The notes below the pieces were generated by a model, which saw only the letters and a program-made list of their open reading frames with translations, had not been told where the DNA came from and did not search any database. Of a DNA stretch of 64,000 bases, positions 46,870 through 57,439 are shown piece after piece. The stretch's first letter is position 1; every line of letters begins with the position of its first letter. Origin of the DNA: Camelus ferus. Its lineage: Eukaryota. The DNA is taken from assembly GCF_009834535.1 (NCBI RefSeq), contig NC_045698.1:1738001-1802000 (forward strand), given 5' to 3'. The position numbers were made by a program, and so were the translations under genes.

Positions 46870-48100
46870 AAATGTGAAAAGTTGTATCTCATTGTGGTAA
46901 TTTAATAGCTTTTTTGAGGAATTGTTTAAGTAGAATTAAACGCACTGATTTTAAGTGTGCAGGTGGATGACCGGGGAACCCCACAGTCCAGTTTCACAGC
47001 ATTTCACCCGTGTCCCCAACCCGGACGCTACGGGTGCTCTCTGCCACTACGCACGCACGTCTTCCAGAGTCCATGTAAGTGGGCTCGGATACTGTGCTGC
47101 CTTCTGTGTTGGACTTTCTCAGCGAGCCAGGTGTTTTCTGACGTTTACACAGGGAGCCCTCGGCGGTACTGTGGGTGTGGCTCCAGACCCGCACAATAAA
47201 GGAGATTCACCACAGGAAAGAGGGCCACGTGAGTTTTTTGTTTCCCAGTGCTTACAAAGGTTATGTTTACACCGTACTCTGGTCTATTAAGTGTACAATG
47301 GCATTATGTCTTTTCAAATGCACACTTGCTCTAAAAATACTTTATTGCTGAAAAGAAAAGCTAAGCACCGCCTAAGGCTTCAGCGAGTCACAGCGGTAGC
47401 ATCACAGGTCACTGAGCACCAACCGCCACAGCGCGCACAGTAAGGGAAAAGCCTGAAATATTGCGAGAACTGGTAAAATGTGACACGGAGACATGAAGTG
47501 GGCGAACGAGGTTGGAAAAATGGCACCAGCAGACTTGCTGGACGCAGGGTTGCTGCCAACTTCCGATATATAAAAAAAAAAATTGTACTGTCTGCAAAGC
47601 CCAGTGAAATGAGGTCCGCCTGCTGTGGCATTGCCTGAACTAGTAATTCAGCCCTCTTTCTGTCAAGTGCGCCTCCCAGGTATGGGCATACCACGTCTTT
47701 TGCAGTACATTGCAAAAGTTGGTGGTTGGTGGACATTGGTGATGTTCCCATTTTCAAGGCTGTTTTGACACAAGCTGCTTGCAGCACTGGTGTGCAAGCC
47801 CTTGTGTGGACGTGTTTTCATTTGTCTTGGGTAGATTCCCAGGAGTGGAATTGCTGGGTTGTAGACTAAGTGCTTATTTACCTATTAAAGAAACTGCCAA
47901 GCCATTTTCTAAAGGGACTGCACCATCTGGCATCTCCCAGCAATGTGTGAGAGTTCCGGTGGCTTCAAATTTGCGTTGATGCTGGACAAGGTCCCCCTCC
48001 TCTGTCTCAGCCACTCTGGGGGCAGAAGTGTGTCTAACTGTGTTTCTGCAGATTTTGTATCGGTCTGCTTGGCATCTCTTTATCACAGTGCCAATTATAT
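46870..48100 (-). mobile_element. Old L1M 3' remnant interrupted by a Tigger1 derivative
   Basis: GTGTTTTCATTTGTCTTGGGTAGATTCCCAGGAGTGGAATTGCTGGGT..AAGAAACTGCCAAGCCATTTTCTAAAG..CCCAGCAATGTGTGAGAGTTCC. Confidence 0.7.
47150..47622 (-). mobile_element. Internally deleted Tigger1 derivative (Tigger1a-type MITE, TcMar-Tigger)
   Basis: Degenerate TIRs CAGGGAGCCCTCGG and AATGAGGTCCGCCTG; both Tigger1 terminal regions (TTTCCCAGTGC..GTTATGTTTACAC..TCTATTAAGTGT and GTTGGAAAAATGGCACC..AGACTTGCTGGACGCAGGGTTGC) are joined near 47390. Confidence 0.85.
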
Positions 48101-48599
48101 TGACTGTATTTTCTTATCTTCTGTATTTTTTGTGCTCTGGTGTTTGTGGTCCTTCCAGACCCAGAAAGAGACTGCCCCTCCCAGGGCCAGCACATTCCTA
48201 GAGGTAAAACAGCTCCTCCTGGAGCATGTCTCACGTGCAAATCAACCGCCCACCTCCTTATCTGACTCTCACACACCAAGCCAATGCTTCCTTTGCGCTA
48301 AATCATCCCAGGGTTGGGTTCCAGGAAAGTGGAGACCATCCCTCTTCCCCAAACACCGCCAGAATGATTCAGACTAACCAGCCCTGAGCTGTGGCCCCTG
48401 TGCAGCCTTGCTCTCCTGAGGAAACCTGGCTTGAGCCCCCTCCTCACCTCTGCGTCTGCCTCCGTCTAGAGCCTGTGGCCCTGTGCAGTGTGTCCCCTTC
48501 TCCCAGGAAGTGTGGGCAGTAAGTTCTTCTTCCCATGGCATTAACCTCTCCGGGAACTTAGTCACCTCCACGAGGTAAAATCCTACATGCACCTTTTAG

Positions 48600-50250
48600 A
48601 ACAAAGTGGCGTTTCCTCATGGTTTACTGTGAATTTTTTTCAAAAAGCTAGTGATGCTGATGGTTTCCCACGTGCCTGGTGGCCACCCACGCGCCTTCTT
48701 GGAAGAGTCTGTGCAGTCCTCACGGCCACTTACAGCACTGTATTGTTTCTCCTCTAATGGCTGCATTCTAAGGGTTCCCTGTGTACGCTGGTCACAGCCC
48801 TTCTTCAGACACGTTGTGGAAATGGTCTCTCACCATTTGCGGCTTGCATTTGAATTTTTTTTTTTCATTTTATTCATGGAGTTTTTTTCAACAAGCAACA
48901 CTTTCAATTTTGATAAAATTCAATTTTCAAAAATCCTTCTTTTTGATTTGTGGGGGGTGGTGTGTATGCATGTGTCACTGTTAAAGAAACATTTGCCTAA
49001 TCCGAGATCATGAAGATTTTCTCTAGGTAATTCTTGCAATTTTTAAAAACGATTTTAGCTCTTACATTTAGGCGTATTATGATTCATTTTGGAATCGTTT
49101 TGTGTATATGGTAAGAGCCAACGTTAATTTTCCCCACACAGCATATAGTTATTTCTATGCCACTTATTAAAGACTCTGCTTCACCCAGTGAATTATCTTG
49201 GCACTTTTGCCAAAAAAGCAATTGCCCGTTCTAGTGTAGGTGTGTCCCTGGCTCCTGACAATGTCGCACTAAGGTCTCTGTCCGTCCTGAGGTCAATCCC
49301 ATACCATCTTTTCTTTAATCCCTTTACACTGTCTTAAATTATGTAATATAAGCCTTTTACCTTTATTTTTTTCATAAAACTATTTTCAAAATTCTAAGTC
49401 CTTTGTATTTCCTTGTAAATTTTGAGTTAACTCATTTTCTACAAAAAGTCCTGTGGTTTGATTGGAATTTAACTGTAATATAGATCAATTTGTGGCGAAC
49501 TGCTCTCTTAAAAAATTCAATCCATTAATATAACATACCTTTCCTTTTATTTAGGCTTTTTAAAATTTTCCTCAGTCTCTATCCAATAAACCATTGACGT
49601 CTCTGAAAAAGAATTTTTCTCAGGAATGTTTTATAGTTTTAGTGTGAAATCTTGAACAACATTCACTGACATTGTTTCTAAGCATTTTCCTTACTTATTT
49701 GCAGCATTGGGAATGCATCTTTGCAACATATTTTCAAATTATTTATACAGAAGTACAAGTGATTTTTGTATATTGATCGTGTGTCCTGCAATCTTGCTAA
49801 CTTTGGATTTTGATTTTATCAGCTTTCTGTAGACTTTAAAAATTCTCTCCACAAGTGATCATGTCTTTTGTGAATAAGGAGTTTTATTTCTCCCTTTCCA
49901 ACTCGTTTGGCGTCTACTGCATTGTCTGTCTTCATCGCACTAGCTGCAACCTCAGGCCACGCAGCCCTGCTGTGACGCAGGCTCACGAAGCACGCCCCGG
50001 CTATCCATTTTGAAGATGTCCTTATGCTAGGAAAGCTTCCCTCTTCTCCTAGGTTGCTAGGAGTTTTTAATCAAATGGAGGCTGCACTTTCTTGTAAATT
50101 ATTTTTTCTGTATCTATCAAATAAATACAGTTTCAAAATTTAATTCTATTAATATGGTGTGTAGCATTAACTGACTTCCAAATGTCAAACTAACCTTGAG
50201 TGAGTGAGATGAACTTCCCACGGTCATGGTTAAATGATCATTTTACACGT
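48600..50250 (-). mobile_element. LINE-1 (L1M) ORF2 remnant, reverse orientation
   Basis: The reverse complement contains CATGACC..GGGAAGTTCATC..CAAGGTTAGTTTGACATT and TTATTCACAAAAGACATGATC (degenerate RT F-ADDM region). Confidence 0.82.
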
Positions 50251-50254
50251 CTGT

Positions 50255-52130
50255 GTCTCATGAACACAGAAACAAAAATCTTCAAGTATGTTAATGAATT
50301 CAGTCCAGCAACTTCCGAAAGAATGACACATCATGCACAAATGGGGTTTGTCTCAGGAATTTAAGATTGACTCCACTCGGGAAAACCAACCAATGTAATT
50401 CATCATATTAATGAGAGAAGGAGAAAAATGATATAATTATTTCAATAAATGCAGAAACTACTTTTGAGAAAACTTGCAACTCCCTTATGAAGGACACTCA
50501 GAGAACTGTGGGTAGAATGAAGTTCTTCAGATTGACAAGGATGTCAGCACACACCTAAACCTGACAGCACCGTTAATTATGGAAGATCTCACGCTGTCCA
50601 GGATGGGGAGCAAGAGGAAGACGCCCACTTCTACTCAACATCATACTGCTGGTCTTAACTATCACAATAAGACAATTAGTAAGTAACAAGTAAACAAAAA
50701 GTAAGACTGAATTTGGAAAGGTTTCCTAGACAACATGACTGTCTATGAAAAACAATTCTATTAGAATTAATATGTGAACTTAACAAGGTCACAAAACACA
50801 GAGTCCACGTTAAAACCAATCAACTGTATTTTCATAGAGTGGTGACAAATAACAGGAAAAAATTAATTTTAAAAATTCCATTTATAACATTGCTGAAATG
50901 TTAAATAGATAGAAATAAGTCAAATGTAAAACACAAAGACTCTACATGAAAAACTACAAAGTAATACTGAGAGCGATTAAACAAAATATAAATAAAATGA
51001 GAGATATAACCAAGCCATGGACTGAAAAACTCCATATGGTTAAGATATTCATTTTCCCCAAACTGATATCTAAATTAAATACAATGCCAATCAAAATCTC
51101 AATAGGAATTTTTGTAAAAACTGATACATTGATTCTAATGCTTATTTGGAATTTCAAAGGACAACAGTCAAACAGTTTTGAAGGAGAACCAGCCTGCTGT
51201 TGCTTGATTTCAAGCCTTATTATGAAGTTACAGAGATGAGCACAGCTTGCCATTGGTGGAAAGACAGACACACAGAGCAACAGAACACACAGCCCAGCAA
51301 CAGGTCTACCCGTATATGGTTACTTAGTTTTGACAAAAATGTCCTGGGGTTACAACTCAACATCCATGTGAGAAAAAGAATTGCTACCTCACATCACATA
51401 TAAAGTTATTCTGAAATGGGTCCTGGACCTAAATGCAAAGGCTAAAACACCTAGAAAAAACATAGGAGTGTATTTTTACAACTTGGAAGTCTGCAAATAT
51501 TCCTTAGATAAGACACACACAAGAATATCCGTAAAAGAAAAAAAAAAGGATACATCGGACTTCAAAAAATTCTCTTTAAGTGACAAAGACAATCAAGTAA
51601 AAAGGCCCCCGTATCATCTGTCAAAGATGACACGTTACATACAGTGTATTTTTCAACAAAAGATGTGTTTATATAAATGCATCTCCCATTTCAGTAAGAC
51701 AAGGAGTCTAATAAAAATTGGGCACAAGTCTTGAAAAGCCACTGGTCAAGAAAGATTTAATTTCAAAAAAGGGTCAACACCAGCAGGCATAAGAGAAACG
51801 CAAAGTTAAATCACAGGGAAGAGCTACCCCCACTGGATTCAGGCTAAAATCCAGGAGACTGGTACATCAAGTGTTGGCAGCATGGCAGCACGCACGGCTG
51901 GCGGGAAGGTCAGACTGGGTCAGCTCTTCAGAAAAGCGTTTGGGCCATCTCCTATGACACTAAGCCTACTCTTACCGCTTGTCCAAGAAATCCTACTTTT
52001 AGGTCCATCCAAGAGAAAAGAAGACGTGTGTTCTGCCAACCCTGTGCCCCCCACCCCACCATGTTTACGATAGCAGAATTTATTACAGCCCCAAACTCGA
52101 AACAGCCCAAGCCCTCATCAGCAGGTGAGT
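50255..52130 (+). mobile_element. LINE-1 (L1M) ORF2 remnant, forward orientation
   Basis: CTCATGAACACAGAAACAAAAATC..TCCAGCAA..; ORF 50946-51239 (NYKVILRAIKQNINKMRDITKPWTEKLHMVKIFIFPKLISKLNTMPIKI) is a degenerate L1 ORF2p segment. Confidence 0.88.
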
Positions 52131-52356
52131 CCGCTTGTGGTCCCCTGGGCACAGTTGACCTTGACTCGTCACCGTCAACCCCAGGAGACGCTGCGACACT
52201 TACCTTTCAGGCGTCCAGGCTCCCCATCCTCTGAACAGACACGATAACTACCCATGCCTGAGAGTGTAAGAGAACCCGAATCACGCTTGACTTGTCTTCC
52301 TTCTTCTGCTAATTAGCTAGGTAGCCAAATGTTCCACCCCACACTCTTGGAGAGCT

Positions 52357-52734
52357 ACCATGGGATGGACCGAGTACCCGCCATATATGTGCGCTGAAGC
52401 CCTAACCCCCGTCGCAGAATGTGAGGGTGTGTGGAGGGTCAGTATTTAAAGAGGCAATTCAGTGAAATCAGGTCCTTGGAGTGGGACGCTGATGCCACGG
52501 GACTGGGTCCTCGTGAGAAGAAGAGGTTAGGACAGGGACACACACAGAGAAAAGACCACGTGAGGACACAGGGAGGAGACGGCCAGCCAAGAGCAGAGGA
52601 GAGGCCTCAGAAGGGAGCAGCCCCGTGGACACCCTGACCTTGGATGCCGCCTCCAGAAGTGTGCGGCAATGAATCCCCGTTGCGCAGGGCGCCAGCCCCG
52701 GGCCTCTGTCACGGCGGCTGGAGCAGGTAACACA
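52357..52734 (+). mobile_element. MaLR LTR remnant (MLT1A/B-like)
   Basis: GCTGAAGCCCTAACCCCC..AGAATGTGA..TTTAAAGAGGCAATT..GACCACGTGAGGACACAGGGAG..GAGAGGCCTCAGAAG..ACACCCTGACCTTGGA..GCCTCCAGAA..TAACACA. Confidence 0.8.
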
Positions 52735-53356
52735 AGCACCCGCGAGGAAGCCGCCCCGGGCCCGCCGCTGCGAGCGCCGAGTGCCGTTAGGAGCCAGGGG
52801 AACAAGAGGTCCGGTCGCTTGGGGGTTATTCTCAGCTGGGGGGAGGAGGGACATTCACCAGCTCACAGCACGCGTGCCCCTAGGAGCCTGCTGCCCCGGA
52901 CCCTGTCTTCCGCTCGGTTTACAACAGCTCCTACCGGCTGCACTTGCCCCCGGCATCAAGTGAGAGAGTGAGAGGAGAGCAGGGCTCACCGCGTACACTT
53001 CCCAGCTGATTTGTCCCCAGAGGCGGGCTCAAAATACAGGTCAGGGGTTCAATCGGCAGACTGTGGGCAGGCTCCCTGGGGGTGGGAGGTGGCTGCCAGC
53101 AGCCCACACACTCTACGGGCCACAGGGTGTGCCAGTGGCCAGTGCAGACACCGCAGGCCCCAGCCCCTTCCCACATCGAGCTTTGTGCACACTGGCTGGT
53201 AGGGGCCGTCAGCGAGGCTGAATGTTATCTCCTTTGGGAATTTGTTCCTGAGGTCACAGAAGAGGGAACTGAAGCTAGAATGAGCGTCGGCCATAGAATG
53301 TTTTAGTCACTTATGGACCCTCTGCACGCTGACTGTGCAAAAGAACTCAGCATCGT

Positions 53357-53496
53357 GGGGCAGAGGCGGGAGGGCATAGCTCAGTGGTAGAGCGTGTGCT
53401 TAGCATGCACGAGGTCCTGGATACAACCCCCAGCACCTCCATTAAATAAATAAATGAATAAATAACCTAATTACCTCCCTCCCAAAACAAAACAAA
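53357..53496 (+). mobile_element. tRNA-Ala-derived camelid SINE (vic-1-type)
   Basis: GGGAGGGCATAGCTCAGTGGTAGAGCGTGTGCTTAGCATGCACGAGGTCCTGG..CCCCAGCACCTCC followed by (TAAA)n, AACCTAATTACCTCCC and an A-rich tail. Confidence 0.9.
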
Positions 53497-54374
53497 GAAG
53501 CATCATCGGCAGAGAGAGATCATAACACACAGTTTCTTCTTGTACCTGTTAGAAGATGTGGAGAGATGCCAGCCTTCCCAGGTGGGGTCACCCAGAACGA
53601 AGGGCGCTGGGGCTTCAGAACAAGAGTTCCAAACTCACTGCCAGCCTCCGAATCACGGGCAGTGATGACCATGCGTGCCAGTGAGCGCGGGTCAGGCTCC
53701 AGTCCTCCCTCATCAGGGCGTCCTGCAGGTCCCTGCTCTCACTCTCCTTCAGGTTTGCAGAAGCTTTCTCACCTGTCCCCACCCCCCTTGCTGCTGGATG
53801 GAGTAACATTTCAGTGGGCGTGGCTGTCAGGGGGCTGGTCTCCTCCACCAGTCTGGATTCCCAAGCCCGTCCTCTAAGAGGAGAGCGAGGACCTGGATCT
53901 CTGCCTGAAGGGTCCAGGCGGGTCTCTCCCAGCGGAAGTGGAAACATCTGTGTATAGGGCGTCCCTGATCCAGGGAGCGCCAGGCTGGGGCTTGTCTTTG
54001 TGGTCAGGTCCCAGAGGTTCTCATGGCAGGGATGGGTGCAGGCCAGGAGACAACAGGGCAGAGGAGGGCCGGGTACGGTGTCCCTGGCGGCCAGGCTGGA
54101 CCCAAGCCCCGAGAGGCGTGTGATATTAGGAAGACAGGCATCTGAGACACCTTTGGCAGGAGAATTCGCCGTATTCGTCCTGCTTGCTTAGGCAGTGAGA
54201 CGTGCTGGGAAGACCAGGACGGCAGGGCAAGGGATCAGAGGGCTATTCTGTCGGAGGCCGCGAGAGGTCACACGGACAAGGTGACCTTTGAGGAGAAATC
54301 CCAGCGACGTGAGACAGAGCTTCCGGAAGGTGTGAGTGCACAGACTTCCGGTCTTCTAGGGGCAGAACTGGCCT

Positions 54375-54770
54375 CGTCTCGTGTTGCTTCCTGTGGCGGC
54401 TGTGACCTGACCATAGACGGGGTGGCTCAAAACTGCAGGATTTATTCTCTCTCAGTTCTGGGGCCTGAAGTCTGAAATCAGGCTGTCACAGGGCCGCGCT
54501 CCCTCCTGATGCCTCTTCCAGCGTCTGGGGCCCTTCCAGGTGTCTGTCCCCGGCCTGGCTACCTCTCTCCAAGCTCTGCTCCGGGTCCACGTGGCCTTTG
54601 GCTCTGGCTCCTTCCTTAGAAGGACTCTGTCCTTGGATTCAGGCCCTCTCTAATCTAGGCCGATGCTTACCGTAATCCCAGCTGCAAGACCCTGTTTGTA
54701 AAGAAGGTGACATTCGCAGGTGTCAGGTAGACTCACCCTTTTGGGGTGGGGGGGATTCCACCACCCGCAC
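54375..54770 (-). mobile_element. MaLR LTR remnant (MLT1C-like)
   Basis: TTCCTGTGGCGGCTGTGAC..GGTGGCTCAAAAC..ATTTATTCTCTCTCAGTTCTGGGGCCTGAAGTCTGAAATCAGG..CAGGGCCGCGCTCCCTC..CTGCAAGACCCTGTTT..AAGGTGACATTC. Confidence 0.8.
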
Positions 54771-55089
54771 AGTAGAACATGCAGACTTCAGGAGGAGCTC
54801 AGATTCAGTACCCCTAGAGGGGGGCACTCTCGTGCCTGCGCTCTGACAGCAGGGCAGGTTGGTGCCCTCAGGCAGGTAGGCCCGGGTGGCATCTGGGGAC
54901 AAGACAGCCACACTGAGCACAAGGCAACCCGATTCACTCCCTGACGGGGCAGGGGAGCCTCTGGGAACGCCGGGCTGGGGTCTCCCCTTTCCCACTGTTT
55001 CCCTTCCCGGCATCTCCTGTGGGCATCTCCTCCATCCCCGTTTCCAGGGTCCCCACATCGCCTCTCCACCCCCTTCGCCTTCCAGGAAG

Positions 55090-55750
55090 CTGAGCGCGGG
55101 TTTCCTGTCTTTCCTCTTCCCTCCGGGACCCCAGCCCCGACCGCTGCCGACCGCTGCCGGGGCTGCGGCCCTCGTGTCCAGAGCGCCTGCCGAGGGCACG
55201 TCTAAGCTCAGGGCAGGCCCTAGCTTGCGTCCGGGTGGCCTCCGCCTGCGCCACCCCCGGCCTAGGCGCCCCCCGCCCCCGGCCCAGGCCGCTGGAATGT
55301 GCCCTCGGGTAGCAGCTCAGATGCCGGTGAGAGGTGCTCCCAGCACGACTGGTTCGACCTGTTTCCACAGCTGACTCCCCCCGCGGAGGACCGCCGGCTG
55401 GCCCGCTCTGCCCCCGCGGTGCAGCCCGCGCAGGCCCCGGCTCCAGGCAGTGCGGCGGGGGCGCAGCTCCACCGCCGCCCTCGGGGATGCTGGCCGCGTG
55501 GGGCAGCGAGCGCGACCACCTGCGCAGACCGAGCCGGGGACTTCTTCCTCCCTCCAGCTGGAGTCTCCTGGCCTCCACTGAAGTGGGGAGGAGGCGGGAA
55601 GGCGAGGGGGAGGTTTGCTGCAGGATAAAGGCCACGTGAGGTGGAACTCTGCGCCTTCCCTTCCCGCCGTCCTCGCCCCGCGGCTCCGCTCGGCCGCCCC
55701 ACCCCGGGCCAGGCTGAGGCCGCGCTCCGTCGGGGGAAGGGCGGCTTGAC
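55090..55750. promoter_or_regulatory. Orphan CpG island about 20 kb upstream of IRX2
   Basis: CpG-dense island set in repeat-rich, CpG-poorer flanks. Confidence 0.7.
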
Positions 55751-57109
55751 CACTGCTTTCATGAGCGGGCTTCTGCCAGCAGCCAAACTGTCAGTCTTAA
55801 GTTTCTTAACAAGGCTTTGGGCCGACAAAGATTGTTTTCCTTCTAAGAGGAATTTTTGTACCAGCTGTCGACGAGTATCTTTTCTGTGACCAAATAGATA
55901 AATATTTTAATTGAAATTTTGCATATGTAATACTTGCATGTATATGATATACGTGTATGTTTTATATATACATTTTAGCAAAGAAAAATAAATATAAAAT
56001 TCGTAGAAAATCTATAAAAATGCATGTTTAGGTTGCAAAATTATTTCATAATTCCCCAAATAAAAAATACCCAAGCAACAAGAATATCATAAATTAGCAA
56101 GATGGCCCCCAAACAGCCTACGCAGAAATGGAGCATTAGCAATGATCACCCACAGAAAAGCTCCCGCCACCTGGTGAGCAAATGGGAGGATGTGTTCCTC
56201 AAGGTGGAGGGAGACAGAGATTATAGGCTCGGGGCACAAAGATAGATCGATTAAGTTTTTTTGGATTTGAAAATGTTTATCAAAATTCAGAATCTTTATC
56301 ATCTCTGATATAAAATTCTGTTTGTGGACACTTAAATTGTAGAGATACCTCAAAATTTATGTAAAAGTATATTTGTTACTGTGCATTGGTAACAGCCTAA
56401 AATTGGAAATGACTTAAACAGCTACTGGCAGAGAAGTCCAATGAGGAACAGGTCACTGACAAGTGCAGTGTCTGGCATGTCTGTCTTAAAAATCAGCTGC
56501 TCACCCATGTGACGTGCACACTGAAGTATTTGATAAGATGCACACTGTGTGGTTAAAAGTGTTCGCTTAACTTCCAAGGAACAGAATGAGAAGACCTAGG
56601 GTGAATCTGAGCACTTCTTCATTTTCTTATGTTTTTACCACAAGCACGGAGTATTTTATAATTTAAAAAAGAGAGAATTGGAAATAGGTCCTCAGTCAAA
56701 TATATTATGATCAGTCTCATAATGGAATATTAAGTAGAGCCTAAAAAAAGAATAAAGCAGAGCTAGATGCAGTGAAATGTGGAGATACCCACTCTAGTTT
56801 GTTGGATTTTGTGTGATTAAAGCAGGTGTGATCCACAAACATATGTACTAGTAAAACCGTGGAAAGCTAAATGATTATGGCTTCTTTGACTTTAGTAAGT
56901 GGTTGGGAACATTTAGGTATTATTTGAATGATTTCAGTGGTGGATTGCTTTTGGCTGATGGGGCCAGACCTTCTGTTTGTCTCTCCCTAGTAATTCTCTA
57001 CTTCAGGCAGAGCAGTGGTGTCCGCAGGAGGCAATTTTAAACTGTCATGGCGACGGGAAACTGTACAGCTGAGTGCCCCACAGCACACTAGTCACCCCCA
57101 CCCTAGAAA

Positions 57110-57250
57110 TACTGTCATATGGTAGTAGAACCTTGGTTCTAGCTGAGTACATGGTGCCCGGGTGAAGACTACATTTCCCAGAATGCCTTGCAGCGGGGAT
57201 GCTTTTGTGTCTGGGCACTGGCTCTGGGATGAAAGGGAGGGGCTGCGGCC
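57110..57250 (+). mobile_element. ERVL LTR16/LTR33-like remnant
   Basis: TTCTAGCTGAGTACATGG..AAGACTACATTTCCCAGAATGCCTTGCAG resembles LTR16/LTR33 consensus as I recall it. Confidence 0.45.
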
Positions 57251-57439
57251 CCAGGAGGTGGAGGGCACGGCCATCTTGTCTGCCTTCCCCTGGGGGAGCG
57301 CTGGAGTGCAGGGGACGCAGTGCCCAAGGGTGAAAGGGCGTGACCCCCACCTGGACGGGACCAGACAGCCACACTGAGAACAAGTGGAACCATTTCAATG
57401 GATTTTTACTGATATCTTCTTGTGATTTTAATTTAAGAT

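Noticed and set aside
50946..51239. 97-aa ORF with protein-like composition
   Set aside because: Degenerate L1 ORF2p fragment surrounded by stops and frameshifts, not a host gene.
53368..53441. tRNA-Ala(AGC)-like sequence (also at 43925-44001 and 59445-59518)
   Set aside because: Followed by the SINE tail (TAAA)n-AACCTAATTACCTCCC-A-rich, the T-loop is mutated, and three diverged dispersed copies exist. These are SINE heads, not tRNA genes.
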